From a virus (taxonomy: Duplodnaviria; Caudoviricetes), in the IMG/VR virus record IMGVR_UViG_3300037851_000284, positions 32,001 to 96,000 of that record: 64,000 nucleotides of DNA. One strand, written 5' to 3'. The notes beneath the pieces were generated by a model. That model was not told the origin of the DNA. It saw only the letters and a program-made list of their open reading frames with translations, and did not search any database. The position numbers were made by a program, and so were the translations under genes. Positions within the stretch are counted from its first letter, which is position 1; every line of letters begins with the position of its first letter. Below are positions 1 through 7,758 of the stretch, one piece after another.

Positions 1-99
1 ATAATTTTGGCAGAATAAACTAAAGTGGAAAGGTCTGCAAAGGATTCGAGTCCCTTTGTGCAGTATTAAAAGACCACGCGAATCCACAACTGTAATTTT

Positions 100-171
100 T
101 GAGGCGTAGGATAACGGCAATCCGCTGGATTGTTAATCCAGACATTACTGGTTCAAGTCCAGTCGCCTCAG
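100..171 (+). tRNA. trnN: tRNA-Asn(GTT)
   Basis: Acceptor TGAGGCG/CGCCTCA, anticodon arm CTGGA-TTGTTAA-TCCAG, T arm ACTGG-TTCAAGT-CCAGT; no encoded CCA. Confidence 0.92.
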
Positions 172-421
172 TTGTTTTGTGTAAGATTTATTATTATATT
201 TTAAGCTGATTTTCTATCCATACTTCCAATTTCGAATGTCTATTATCGGCAGACTTATTACTAGAATAAGCAGCCAAGCAAGAATGAGAGCAGAACAGCC
301 TGCTCGATTTAGATTTTTCAATTTCAGCGTTTGTTTTAATAATTTTCTTTTTACATGTTTCACAGTTAAGTTCTTTTTTACGACTTTTACAGACAGTTTC
401 GAAATTGAAAATTCAAAATAT

Positions 422-496
422 TGGGACGTAGTTCAATGGTAGAACAATGGCCCTTGGAGCCATCTGTTAAGGGTTCAAATCCTTTCGTCCCAGCCA
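422..496 (+). tRNA. trnQ: tRNA-Gln(TTG)
   Basis: Acceptor TGGGACG/CGTCCCA, anticodon arm ATGGC-CCTTGGA-GCCAT, T loop TTCAAAT, encoded CCA. Confidence 0.92.
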
Positions 497-506
497 GTTA
501 GGATAT

Positions 507-704
507 ATGCCTGAAAAAGAATATATATTAACACAATATTTTCTTGATAAGTACCCGTTAGAAGCCAAGACTATTGTAATTGGTGAACAAGAAACAAAGG
601 CCTTATTAAAAAACTTTAACGAGTTTTTTTACAATGATAGGATAAATAGTCCTATCCTACTAAGGGGTCAGTATACAAACAATATACTGATGAGAATTAA
701 ATAA
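507..704 (+). CDS. hypothetical protein
   Basis: 65 aa ORF directly after tRNA-Gln with AGGA RBS. Confidence 0.55.
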   Translation: MPEKEYILTQYFLDKYPLEAKTIVIGEQETKALLKNFNEFFYNDRINSPILLRGQYTNNILMRIK

Positions 705-802
705 CATGGAATTCAAACCAAACAAAATATCCAAAAGTAACACGCATTTTGGTGCCTCAGGAGAAGATACACCATAAATTACGTCGAGAATGGCTAGTTG
801 GC

Positions 803-836
803 AAAAACCCTCTCGACGAAAGTTGGGAGGGTTTTT
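803..836 (+). terminator. intrinsic terminator hairpin
   Basis: AAAACCCTCTCGAC-GAAA-GTTGGGAGGGTTTT stem with GNRA loop and T tract. Confidence 0.65.
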
Positions 837-996
837 AAATGGGTAAAAATATGAGCATTAAATGTAGAATATACTGGACTATAACAATTATATGTCCATG
901 GATCATAAGAAAACTCAATAAATATAAGAATAAGTGTCTAGCAAAGAGACTTGAGGACTTGTCTTGGACTATGAGTCATAACGAAGGAGGTATAAC

Positions 997-1242
997 ATGG
1001 ATGAACGTAGAACACCAGTTATAATAACAAGAAGAAAGAATAAGAAACGACATCCTCAGTCTGGAACCAAGTCTGGACGTTCCAAGGTATGGTACGAAGT
1101 TTTCTGTCCTATTCATGGAACAAAGAATATGGACAACAAAGTTGTATTAAAGGTGGGATGTCCCGAAAGTCGTAAGGAACGGTTCTATACTGGATGTCCA
1201 AAATGTAAAGCAATCAATGATAAAAAGGGGGCTGTAGTTTAA
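997..1242 (+). CDS. small Cys/His-rich hypothetical protein (possible Zn-binding)
   Basis: GGAGG RBS; CPxH ... CP ... CPxC; last codons overlap tRNA-Ala. Confidence 0.55.
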   Translation: MDERRTPVIITRRKNKKRHPQSGTKSGRSKVWYEVFCPIHGTKNMDNKVVLKVGCPESRKERFYTGCPKCKAINDKKGAVV

Positions 1243-1299
1243 TCGGAAAAATTGTAGATTTGCAATCTATAGTCATCGGATCGTAACCGATCAGCTCCA
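1228..1299 (+). tRNA. trnA: tRNA-Ala(TGC)
   Basis: Acceptor GGGGCTG/CAGCTCC with G3:U70 Ala determinant; anticodon arm GTAGA-TTTGCAA-TCTAT; atypical T loop ATCGTAA. Confidence 0.88.
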
Positions 1300-1500
1300 A
1301 GTAAGGAGATCATGTGGAAAAAATAACTTCCTTTAAATCAGATAAAACAAGAGAATTACATAACAAGTTAGTCGCCAATGTCAAAGATATCCTTGGAGAT
1401 ATTATACCAGATGGATACAAAATTAAAGAAATCCAAATTGATATATATAACGGGGAAACCCGTTTAATAATAAGTTCTGATATTTAAATAGAAGAAAAAT

Positions 1501-1698
1501 ATGTTTAAACTAGATCATGTCGGAAATACAAAGTTTTATACAATAATACCAATATTATTATATATTAGTGTTACAGAAATAAAACAGGAAGATAAAATGG
1601 TTGGTAAGAAGGCGGTAGCTATTGCTATTCATATTACACCCTTATTTGCATTTGGCTTTTCCATAATTAAGAAATTTAATGAATACGAGAATTGGTAA
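1501..1698 (+). CDS. small membrane protein, hypothetical
   Basis: 65 aa with two hydrophobic stretches. Confidence 0.5.
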   Translation: MFKLDHVGNTKFYTIIPILLYISVTEIKQEDKMVGKKAVAIAIHITPLFAFGFSIIKKFNEYENW

Positions 1699-1699
1699 G

Positions 1700-1774
1700 G
1701 CTGTATCGTTCAGTTTATTGTGAGAGCGTTTGCTTGAAACACAGAAGATTATTTATTCAATTCCGATTGCAGTT
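1700..1774 (+). pseudogene. degenerate tRNA, probably Phe(GAA)
   Basis: Residual acceptor GCTGTAT/ATTGCAGT, D-loop-like GTTCAGTT, loop TTGAAAC, T-loop-like TTCAATTCC, but anticodon and T stems no longer pair. Confidence 0.5.
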
Positions 1775-1791
1775 AACATAAAGGAGGAACT

Positions 1792-1989
1792 ATGGCAGAA
1801 TACTTGTATACACTACAGTTAAAGTTTACTGCTCTAGATGATGTAGCTGCAAGAACAGAGATATTTAACGAGGATTTTGAAAACAAACTTATTGCTTGTG
1901 GAACTAAAAAATTACAGGAAATTTATTTAGACAAGCCACCAAGAAAAGTAGATATCACAAATACCACAGTCCTTTCGTCCAGTGGTTAA
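1792..1989 (+). CDS. hypothetical protein
   Basis: Strong AAGGAGG RBS; 3' end overlaps tRNA-Glu. Confidence 0.55.
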   Translation: MAEYLYTLQLKFTALDDVAARTEIFNEDFENKLIACGTKKLQEIYLDKPPRKVDITNTTVLSSSG

Positions 1990-2039
1990 GACATCTGGTT
2001 TTCAGCCAGAAGACAAGAGTTCGATTCTCTTAAGGACTA
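1968..2039 (+). tRNA. trnE: tRNA-Glu(TTC)
   Basis: Acceptor AGTCCTT/AAGGACT, anticodon arm TCTGG-TTTTCAG-CCAGA, T arm AAGAG-TTCGATT-CTCTT. Confidence 0.92.
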
Positions 2040-2142
2040 AGAAGGGTCAACTATAAGTTATTACTTTTATATTGCTGGATCAATATGTTTTATAATTGGG
2101 TCGATAACCAGACTATTATTTAAACACTGAAATGAAACAACT

Positions 2143-2469
2143 ATGATAATCCACATAGAAAAGTTCTACGATTTTTATATCAATGCGTGTAAAAAGTTTA
2201 GCATATCCCCAGATGACTATACAACTTTTCATAATGATATAATTGTCACAGTAAGTCATGCCTTGGATTGTTTATTAAAAGATCCCACAGGGGGAATATA
2301 TTCAAACAAGCTCAGTAATGGAGCATACATTCTATTAATTCCTGATTTGTCAGGATTTGTATATGCCATAGTTCCAACAATTGAAGAAAGAGACAAAATA
2401 TTGAAAGAACTACTCGAAAGATACTCATCAAAAGAGAATAAATCCTTAACTGGAGTAGAGTTATTCTAA
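2143..2469 (+). CDS. hypothetical protein
   Basis: 108 aa ORF coupled (TAATG) to the HNH gene. Confidence 0.6.
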   Translation: MIIHIEKFYDFYINACKKFSISPDDYTTFHNDIIVTVSHALDCLLKDPTGGIYSNKLSNGAYILLIPDLSGFVYAIVPTIEERDKILKELLERYSSKENKSLTGVELF

Positions 2470-3065
2470 TGTTTGAAGATTCTGTAGTTGTATTAAATAA
2501 ATATCTGGAATACTGGACTGACACATCAATTAGAAGAGCAGTAAGTAAGATAATAAACAATAGGGCTTCTGTAGTAAAAGAAGATAAGTCGGTATTATTG
2601 GGAACTATAGGAATTGGAATAGGAACAGAGTCAATACTCCAACCAATATATAAACCATTAGTAATTAAGCTGTTATATTTCGATTACTATAGATACAAGA
2701 CCGACAAGGTTAATTATACGGACAGGGCGGTATTTGTAAGGGACCAAGGAATTTGCCAATATTGGCATAACAATACACAATACAAGTGTCTACCTTCTGA
2801 AATGACCATCGACCATGTAATCCCGTTATCTAGAAACGGAAAGGCTAATGATTTCACTAATGCCGTTACTTGTTGCCGGAATTGTAATGAAATACTTAAG
2901 AAAAATAATACTCCAGAAGAAGCGGGGTTAAGGCTCATTAGAAGCCCAAAAATACCAAAGAGAATAAAAGGAGATGCGGTAAGATCCTTTTTCATATATA
3001 ATAATAAGAGTCTTGCTCATAAAGCATATATAGAGTTTCTCATGGGTATTAGTACAGATGGATAA
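2469..3065 (+). CDS. HNH endonuclease (McrA-like)
   Basis: VFVRDQGICQY ... TIDHVIPLSRNG ... NAVTCCRNCN ... TPEEAGLRL signature. Confidence 0.88.
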   Translation: MFEDSVVVLNKYLEYWTDTSIRRAVSKIINNRASVVKEDKSVLLGTIGIGIGTESILQPIYKPLVIKLLYFDYYRYKTDKVNYTDRAVFVRDQGICQYWHNNTQYKCLPSEMTIDHVIPLSRNGKANDFTNAVTCCRNCNEILKKNNTPEEAGLRLIRSPKIPKRIKGDAVRSFFIYNNKSLAHKAYIEFLMGISTDG

Positions 3066-3068
3066 TAT

Positions 3069-3139
3069 GGGGTATTAGTTCAGTGGTAGAATATCTCCCT
3101 GTCACGGAAAAGCCACCAGTTCAATTCTGGTATACCCCG
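3069..3139 (+). tRNA. trnD: tRNA-Asp(GTC)
   Basis: Acceptor GGGGTAT/ATACCCC, loop CTGTCAC, T arm ACCAG-TTCAATT-CTGGT. Confidence 0.9.
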
Positions 3140-3254
3140 TTATAACTAAATTAAATTATTGAGAGAAAGCAAATGGAATATCAGAACTTTTTGTAGACAA
3201 CAAGCTAAGAGATAGAAACTTCGTACCAACAGCAGGATGGAAACTAGATTAAAA

Positions 3255-3339
3255 GGAGAGTTAGGATAACGGTAATCCATTAGGTTGCTAACCTAACGAC
3301 CCAAAAAGGGTCTTGCAAGTTCAAATCTTGTACTCTCCT
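3255..3339 (+). tRNA. trnS: tRNA-Ser(GCT)
   Basis: Acceptor GGAGAGT/ACTCTCC, anticodon arm TTAGG-TTGCTAA-CCTAA, long variable arm GACCC-AAAAA-GGGTC. Confidence 0.92.
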
Positions 3340-3357
3340 CTAAAAGAAAGAATCAGC

Positions 3358-3630
3358 ATGATTGAATTACGCTTCACTAGTCCAGCTAGCATTTATTCTC
3401 AAAGGTCTGAGAGACCATTCAAGAGAATTAATCAACTAGATGCATATCTAGATAGTCTTGAGCTTCCGGAGAGAATGACGTTTAAAGAAGAAAGAGGAAC
3501 ATATACTACAGTGTTTTGCCATTCTGGAGAATTAGTGATAATCAGAATGGATATGTATCTTTCCTGGATATTACAAGAAGAATTAAGAGAATTTTTAACA
3601 CAACATGGATTTATAACAAGAAGGAACTAA
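3358..3630 (+). CDS. hypothetical protein
   Basis: ATG at 3358 chosen because the longer TTG start lies inside tRNA-Ser. Confidence 0.55.
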   Translation: MIELRFTSPASIYSQRSERPFKRINQLDAYLDSLELPERMTFKEERGTYTTVFCHSGELVIIRMDMYLSWILQEELREFLTQHGFITRRN

Positions 3631-3706
3631 GTGTCGTTGGCCTAGTGGTTTTGGGTCCCAGATTTCCAATCTGGTCACAGGTGTTCGATTCACCTACGGC
3701 ACTCCA
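3631..3706 (+). tRNA. trnG: tRNA-Gly(TCC)
   Basis: Acceptor GTGTCGT/ACGGCAC, U73, CCA; anticodon arm CCAGA-TTTCCAA-TCTGG. Confidence 0.9.
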
Positions 3707-3710
3707 TTTT

Positions 3711-4244
3711 ATGGAAAAAGAATTCATAGTAAAAGTAAAAGACTTTGATGAAAAGACAGACCCAACTAAGGTACATAACTGGAAAATTGGGGAAATAAAT
3801 TATACTGTCAATGTCGAAGAATATACATTTGATCCAAAGCCTAGAGCCTTGAATTTAAGAAGATCTTGTAATGAAGATTCAATAAACTCAGGGGATCCAG
3901 TAAGAGTACGCAATCTAGTAGAATCTCCAATAATGACAGTGGTGGAAATAAGACAGGAAAACGACGCAAAACGTCAGCGTATGGTGGAAGTTGTTGATGT
4001 AATTTGGTTTGATCAATTCCGTAATGTTAAAACAGCAGGTATAAGATTGGATCTGGTTGAGAAAGTAAATAAATCAGAGACATCTAAACCAAAATTTTCC
4101 GATGTAAGCATAGTAACTTCCGATCTCGTATTTAGAAGGCTGTGTTCTATAGGAGAAAAAGGTCTTGCTGTAAGGTACTTGAAGACTATGACTGGATTGG
4201 GAGTAAAAGAAGCACAGGATATTGTAGATAAAACTTCAACATAA
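3711..4244 (+). CDS. multi-module protein: YodC/DUF2158-like domain plus C-terminal ribosomal bL12-CTD-like motif
   Basis: GDPVRV...SPIMTV...VIWFD (DUF2158-like) and AVRYLKTMTGLGVKEAQDIVD (bL12-like helix pair); start moved past tRNA-Gly. Confidence 0.55.
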   Translation: MEKEFIVKVKDFDEKTDPTKVHNWKIGEINYTVNVEEYTFDPKPRALNLRRSCNEDSINSGDPVRVRNLVESPIMTVVEIRQENDAKRQRMVEVVDVIWFDQFRNVKTAGIRLDLVEKVNKSETSKPKFSDVSIVTSDLVFRRLCSIGEKGLAVRYLKTMTGLGVKEAQDIVDKTST

Positions 4245-4255
4245 GCAGAAATAAA

Positions 4256-4343
4256 GAAAGCGTGGCAGAGTCTGGTATCGCATCGGTCTTGAAAATCGAA
4301 AACGAAAAACGTTTCGCAGGTTCAAATCCTGTCGCTTCCTCCA
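4256..4343 (+). tRNA. trnS: tRNA-Ser(TGA)
   Basis: Anticodon arm TCGGT-CTTGAAA-ATCGA, long variable arm, T arm GCAGG-TTCAAAT-CCTGT, CCA; one acceptor mismatch. Confidence 0.88.
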
Positions 4344-4358
4344 AATGAAGGAGATATT

Positions 4359-4988
4359 ATGAAAAACCCATACTGGGGAGATAAAGATGACTCACAATCG
4401 AAAATAATTTCAACAAATAACTCATCAAGAGCAGAGATATACAAAGAGCTTGCGTTTGTTGAAACAGTATCTAATAGAATATATTTCTATTCAGAGATTG
4501 GAAGAAACGAGGTTCTTCAACTGAACAGAAGACTAAGGGAATTAAGTAACGAGCTCTTGGTAGCCGCAGCTGAACAAGAAAGACCACCAGCAAAGATATT
4601 TTTACATATTAACAGCTTTGGTGGGTCCATATTTGCAGGATTATCTAGTATGGACGAAATAGTCAGTTCACGAGCATCAATAACAACCATAGTAGATGGA
4701 TGTTGTGCTTCTTCGGCAACTTTCCTATCTGTAGTAGGAAAAGAAAGGATAATAAGACCAAATGCCTTTATGCTAATTCACCAACTACAGTCAGCATTTT
4801 GGGGAGGTAAATTCAGGGAATTACAGGATGAACATAAAAATAGTGAGAAACTAATGGAAACCATAAAAGACATATACAAGAAACATACAAAAATCCCACC
4901 GGAAAAGATAGATGAAATTCTTGATCACGATTTATGGTTTGATGCCAGAACTTGTGTAGATTATGGTCTAGTAGACAAAATTGCCTAA
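4359..4988 (+). CDS. clpP: ClpP-family serine protease
   Basis: LHINSFGGS, GCCASSAT (Ser), FMLIHQ (His), DHDLWF (Asp). Confidence 0.9.
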   Translation: MKNPYWGDKDDSQSKIISTNNSSRAEIYKELAFVETVSNRIYFYSEIGRNEVLQLNRRLRELSNELLVAAAEQERPPAKIFLHINSFGGSIFAGLSSMDEIVSSRASITTIVDGCCASSATFLSVVGKERIIRPNAFMLIHQLQSAFWGGKFRELQDEHKNSEKLMETIKDIYKKHTKIPPEKIDEILDHDLWFDARTCVDYGLVDKIA

Positions 4989-5000
4989 AAAGGAGGAACC

Positions 5001-5360
5001 GTGGTTACTCTAATGGCTTTATCTATAATTTATGAACTGTCTTCTCTTTTTTATCTGAATGAGATTTATGACTCTTATAAGAATAACGAGTTCAAATTCT
5101 CAACAACTCTTTTTCTAATATCTACTATACTTGGTTTACCATATATAATAGTTACTATATGGATGATATTAAGTTCTGTAACTATAATAAATATGTCTGG
5201 AATAGTTATTCTTGGAATATCTATGTTACAGCCGTTTTTGTCATATAAACTGGCCTTCTCAAATAAGAAGAAGATATTTTTCATTGTCCATATAGTTGAT
5301 ACATTAATATGTATGATCTTACTATCAGTATCAATATACGCAAAAATCGTTCTCGTGTGA
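5001..5360 (+). CDS. membrane protein, hypothetical
   Basis: Four hydrophobic segments, AGGAGG RBS, GTG start. Confidence 0.6.
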   Translation: MVTLMALSIIYELSSLFYLNEIYDSYKNNEFKFSTTLFLISTILGLPYIIVTIWMILSSVTIINMSGIVILGISMLQPFLSYKLAFSNKKKIFFIVHIVDTLICMILLSVSIYAKIVLV

Positions 5361-5587
5361 GAAATTAGAAAAATCGTGGTGAAGAATTTGATGGCAGTAT
5401 TAAATTTAAGAGATGTAGATTATGCTCTAGACATTGTGGAGGAAAAGTAAATTTAATCAGACATAGTAGGGTCATTTTTAGATCACCTCCGTGCCATACT
5501 AATAAGATTGAATTATGTAGACAATGCATAAGGAACCCGCTTACACAAAATAGAATAAGCATGGGTTATTTCAAGGGAACACCATGA
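5357..5587 (+). pseudogene. Cys-rich small gene interrupted by in-frame TAG at codon 4
   Basis: GTG overlaps upstream stop (GTGA) and TGA overlaps downstream start (ATGA); reads MRN*KNRG...CRLCSRHC...CRQC. Confidence 0.45.
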
Positions 5588-5940
5588 AAATTCTAATATT
5601 AGAGGATAGTTCAGATAGGATAGACGAATTCAAGAAAAAACTTGTCAGCCACGAAGTAGTTATAACAAACAAGCCAAGTGAATGTATCAAGTTTCTTGAG
5701 GAAGGGAAATGGGACTATCTATTTCTAGACCACGATATGGGTGTAATATTTGAGAAACCCAGTAAAGGCACAGGTTATGAAGTAGCATTGTGGATAGCAG
5801 AACATACTGAATATTGTCCAAGGCATATACTTATTCATAGTATGAATAATGTAGGTGCCGCTGCTATGATGCAAGTTCTTGGTTCTGTTGGAGTAAGAGC
5901 TACTTATATACCCCTTTTATGGGAAAAGATAAGAATATAA
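5584..5940 (+). CDS. cyclic-phosphate-processing receiver-like domain (cREC type)
   Basis: ILILED ... LFLDHDMG ... GTGYEVALW ... IHSMNNVG: DHD and HSxN motifs typical of this divergent receiver family. Confidence 0.75.
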   Translation: MKILILEDSSDRIDEFKKKLVSHEVVITNKPSECIKFLEEGKWDYLFLDHDMGVIFEKPSKGTGYEVALWIAEHTEYCPRHILIHSMNNVGAAAMMQVLGSVGVRATYIPLLWEKIRI

Positions 5941-6194
5941 ATTTTAGAGCCAATTCAGCAAAAGAAAGCAACAACAAGGGAAAACCCAGAATAGTAGAAA
6001 TATGGGATAATAGTTGTAATTTTAGGATATTTTGCATTGAGGAAAGAAAACGTATACTCTTTTTTCAATACTGGAAAAGAATTTGTAATGGTAGTCTCTC
6101 AAAGAAATTCAAAATAGAAGAGGAAGCAAGGAATTTCATAAATAACGGATGCCAATTTACACTAATTCGTGGACAAAGAATAATACAGGTATAA
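5919..6194 (+). CDS. hypothetical protein
   Basis: 91 aa ORF in the gene chain. Confidence 0.45.
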   Translation: MGKDKNINFRANSAKESNNKGKPRIVEIWDNSCNFRIFCIEERKRILFFQYWKRICNGSLSKKFKIEEEARNFINNGCQFTLIRGQRIIQV

Positions 6195-6304
6195 CATGAT
6201 AAATCTAAGAAATAATTACAAGTGTGAGCAAAAACTTCGTCAGAGTTAAGAAATAAGTATAGAATAGAAAGATCTGGGGAGTGTTTCTATATACAAAAGA
6301 ACCA

Positions 6305-6347
6305 GTGATTCTAGGGGTCGTGAGTTCAAATCTCACATACCAACCCA
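6305..6347 (+). pseudogene. 3' half of a tRNA-His(GTG)-like gene
   Basis: GTGATTCTAGG-GGTC-GTGAG-TTCAAAT-CTCAC-ATACCAA-C-CCA; no pairing 5' half found upstream. Confidence 0.55.
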
Positions 6348-6359
6348 AGGAGAAATAAA

Positions 6360-6911
6360 ATGGAATTCATACCATTTCCAAAAATACACAGGATATCCAG
6401 ACCTTGTGTTGTTACAGAAAAGATTGATGGCACAAATGCATGTATATGTATTACCAAAGAAGGAGAATTCCTAACTGGTTCACGTACCAAATGGATAACT
6501 CCTTCCGATGATAATCATGGGTTCTCAAAGTGGGCCCATGAGAACAAAGACGAACTGTTAAAACTCGGTATTGGCTGTCATCATGGAGAATGGTGGGGAC
6601 AGGAGATTCAAAGAACATATGGATTAAAGGAAAAGAGGTTTTCTCTATTTAATACATCTAAATGGCTAGACCCACTTGTAAGACCAAAATGTTGTCATAT
6701 TGTACCAGTATTATATGAGGGCTTATTTGACACTGTGGAAATAAACAAATGTCTGGATCGCCTTGCTCAAACAGGAAGCATAGCAGCACCAAACTTTATG
6801 AAACCAGAAGGAATAGTTATATTTCATGTAGCTGGAAATTTTTGCCTAAAAAAGACTTTAAACAATGATGGATTACCAAAGAGTTTGGTAAAGGAGGAAC
6901 AGCATGCCTAG
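6360..6911 (+). CDS. ATP-dependent RNA ligase (compact adenylyltransferase domain)
   Basis: FPKI start, motif I TEKIDGTN, GEWWG, PEGIVI, terminal KK. Confidence 0.85.
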   Translation: MEFIPFPKIHRISRPCVVTEKIDGTNACICITKEGEFLTGSRTKWITPSDDNHGFSKWAHENKDELLKLGIGCHHGEWWGQEIQRTYGLKEKRFSLFNTSKWLDPLVRPKCCHIVPVLYEGLFDTVEINKCLDRLAQTGSIAAPNFMKPEGIVIFHVAGNFCLKKTLNNDGLPKSLVKEEQHA

Positions 6912-6976
6912 GATTATAGATTATGAAGATTGGATGGATATTCATAATATGTTAGCAGAAATGAAGTCCTATAATA

Positions 6977-7282
6977 ATGAAGAACCTCCGGAAGAGGAAG
7001 ATGATGATAACATGGGACAAACATCCTGATATAGTTACTAGGAAAAGAACATCTAAACTGGGTATTTGCAATAGATGCGACTCCTTCTCTTCCTTATTTA
7101 CTTCGGGTGATGGTTATTATCTCTGTAGAGAATGTTACAGAGATATAATTGGTAGCATATTTGATACAGAACTAAATGAAAAAATAAATAAGATGAGGAA
7201 AGAAAGAGAATTAAACGCAAGAGAGTTTGATTTTATTAACAGGAGAAAAAGGGGTCTCTGTCCATTAGTACTGAGATGGTAA
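6977..7282 (+). CDS. small Zn-finger hypothetical protein
   Basis: CNRC ... CREC. Confidence 0.5.
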   Translation: MKNLRKRKMMITWDKHPDIVTRKRTSKLGICNRCDSFSSLFTSGDGYYLCRECYRDIIGSIFDTELNEKINKMRKERELNAREFDFINRRKRGLCPLVLRW

Positions 7283-7357
7283 TTCCTTCTTCCTTTTTGA
7301 ATTATTCGGATGATATTTTGTTTCGTTAGGGAACATGAACAAAGTATCAAGATAAGC

Positions 7358-7439
7358 TGGAGTTTCAACGTTAGTGTTGTACCTGTTCATTACTGGTTTC
7401 TAGTGGTAAGTAACTAAGGGGTAAACACGATATTATCCA
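7358..7439 (+). ncRNA. candidate structured RNA (nested hairpin)
   Basis: TGGA/TCCA, GTGTT/AACAC, TACC/GGTA and ATTACTGG/CTAGTGGT nested pairings in an intergenic gap. Confidence 0.35.
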
Positions 7440-7442
7440 ATA

Positions 7443-7561
7443 GCGGGTGTAGTACAGAGTTACTTCTGGTTTAATGCGAAAGCAGAGTGGGTCGAATCCC
7501 ACAACCCTATAGAAATATAGGTCTTGTCTCTGTATAATTTGTCTCTGTATAATTTGCCCGC
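7443..7561 (+). ncRNA. Y-RNA-like unit A (with T-arm-like hairpin)
   Basis: GCGGG/CCCGC; TGTAG; TACAGAG/CTCTGTA; TTACTTC; inner GTGGG-TCGAAT-CCCAC and CCTATA-GAAA-TATAGG. Confidence 0.65.
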
Positions 7562-7571
7562 AAAAATTTAA

Positions 7572-7651
7572 AAGAAACTGGGTGTAGATAGCAGATACTT
7601 CACTTTTATTGAAAAAAGCAGAAACCCTGCTATTGATTTAATCAGTTTCTT
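7572..7651 (+). ncRNA. Y-RNA-like unit B
   Basis: AAGAAACTG/CAGTTTCTT; TGTAG; ATAGCAG/CTGCTAT; ATACTTC; inner TTCA-CTTTTAT-TGAA. Confidence 0.65.
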
Positions 7652-7665
7652 TTCAGTATAAACCT

Positions 7666-7737
7666 GTGGGTGTAGAAAACTGTTACTTCGACTGCTAATC
7701 GACGCCCGAAAGGGATATCAGTTTTCGCTTTTCCCAC
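7666..7737 (+). ncRNA. Y-RNA-like unit C
   Basis: GTGGG/CCCAC; TGTAG; AAAACTG/CAGTTTT; TTACTTC; inner TCGA-CTGCTAA-TCGA and CCC-GAAA-GGG. Confidence 0.7.
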
Positions 7738-7758
7738 TTTTATTTTCTTGGAGGTAAT

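Noticed and set aside
9-65. Possible tRNA-Cys(GCA) remnant (GGTCTGCAAA ... TTCGAGTCCC)
   Set aside because: Arms are too short and do not pair into a cloverleaf, and the window edge prevents assessment; not called.
236-442. 68 aa ORF from the track
   Set aside because: Runs into tRNA-Gln, has no RBS and is Phe-rich low complexity; probably spurious.
3313-3710. Long N-terminal extensions of ORFs 3313 and 3516
   Set aside because: They traverse tRNA-Ser and tRNA-Gly; downstream ATGs (3358, 3711) are used instead.
5481-5490. GATCACCTCC exact 16S-tail match
   Set aside because: Lies inside a probable coding frame with no presenting hairpin; chance is adequate.
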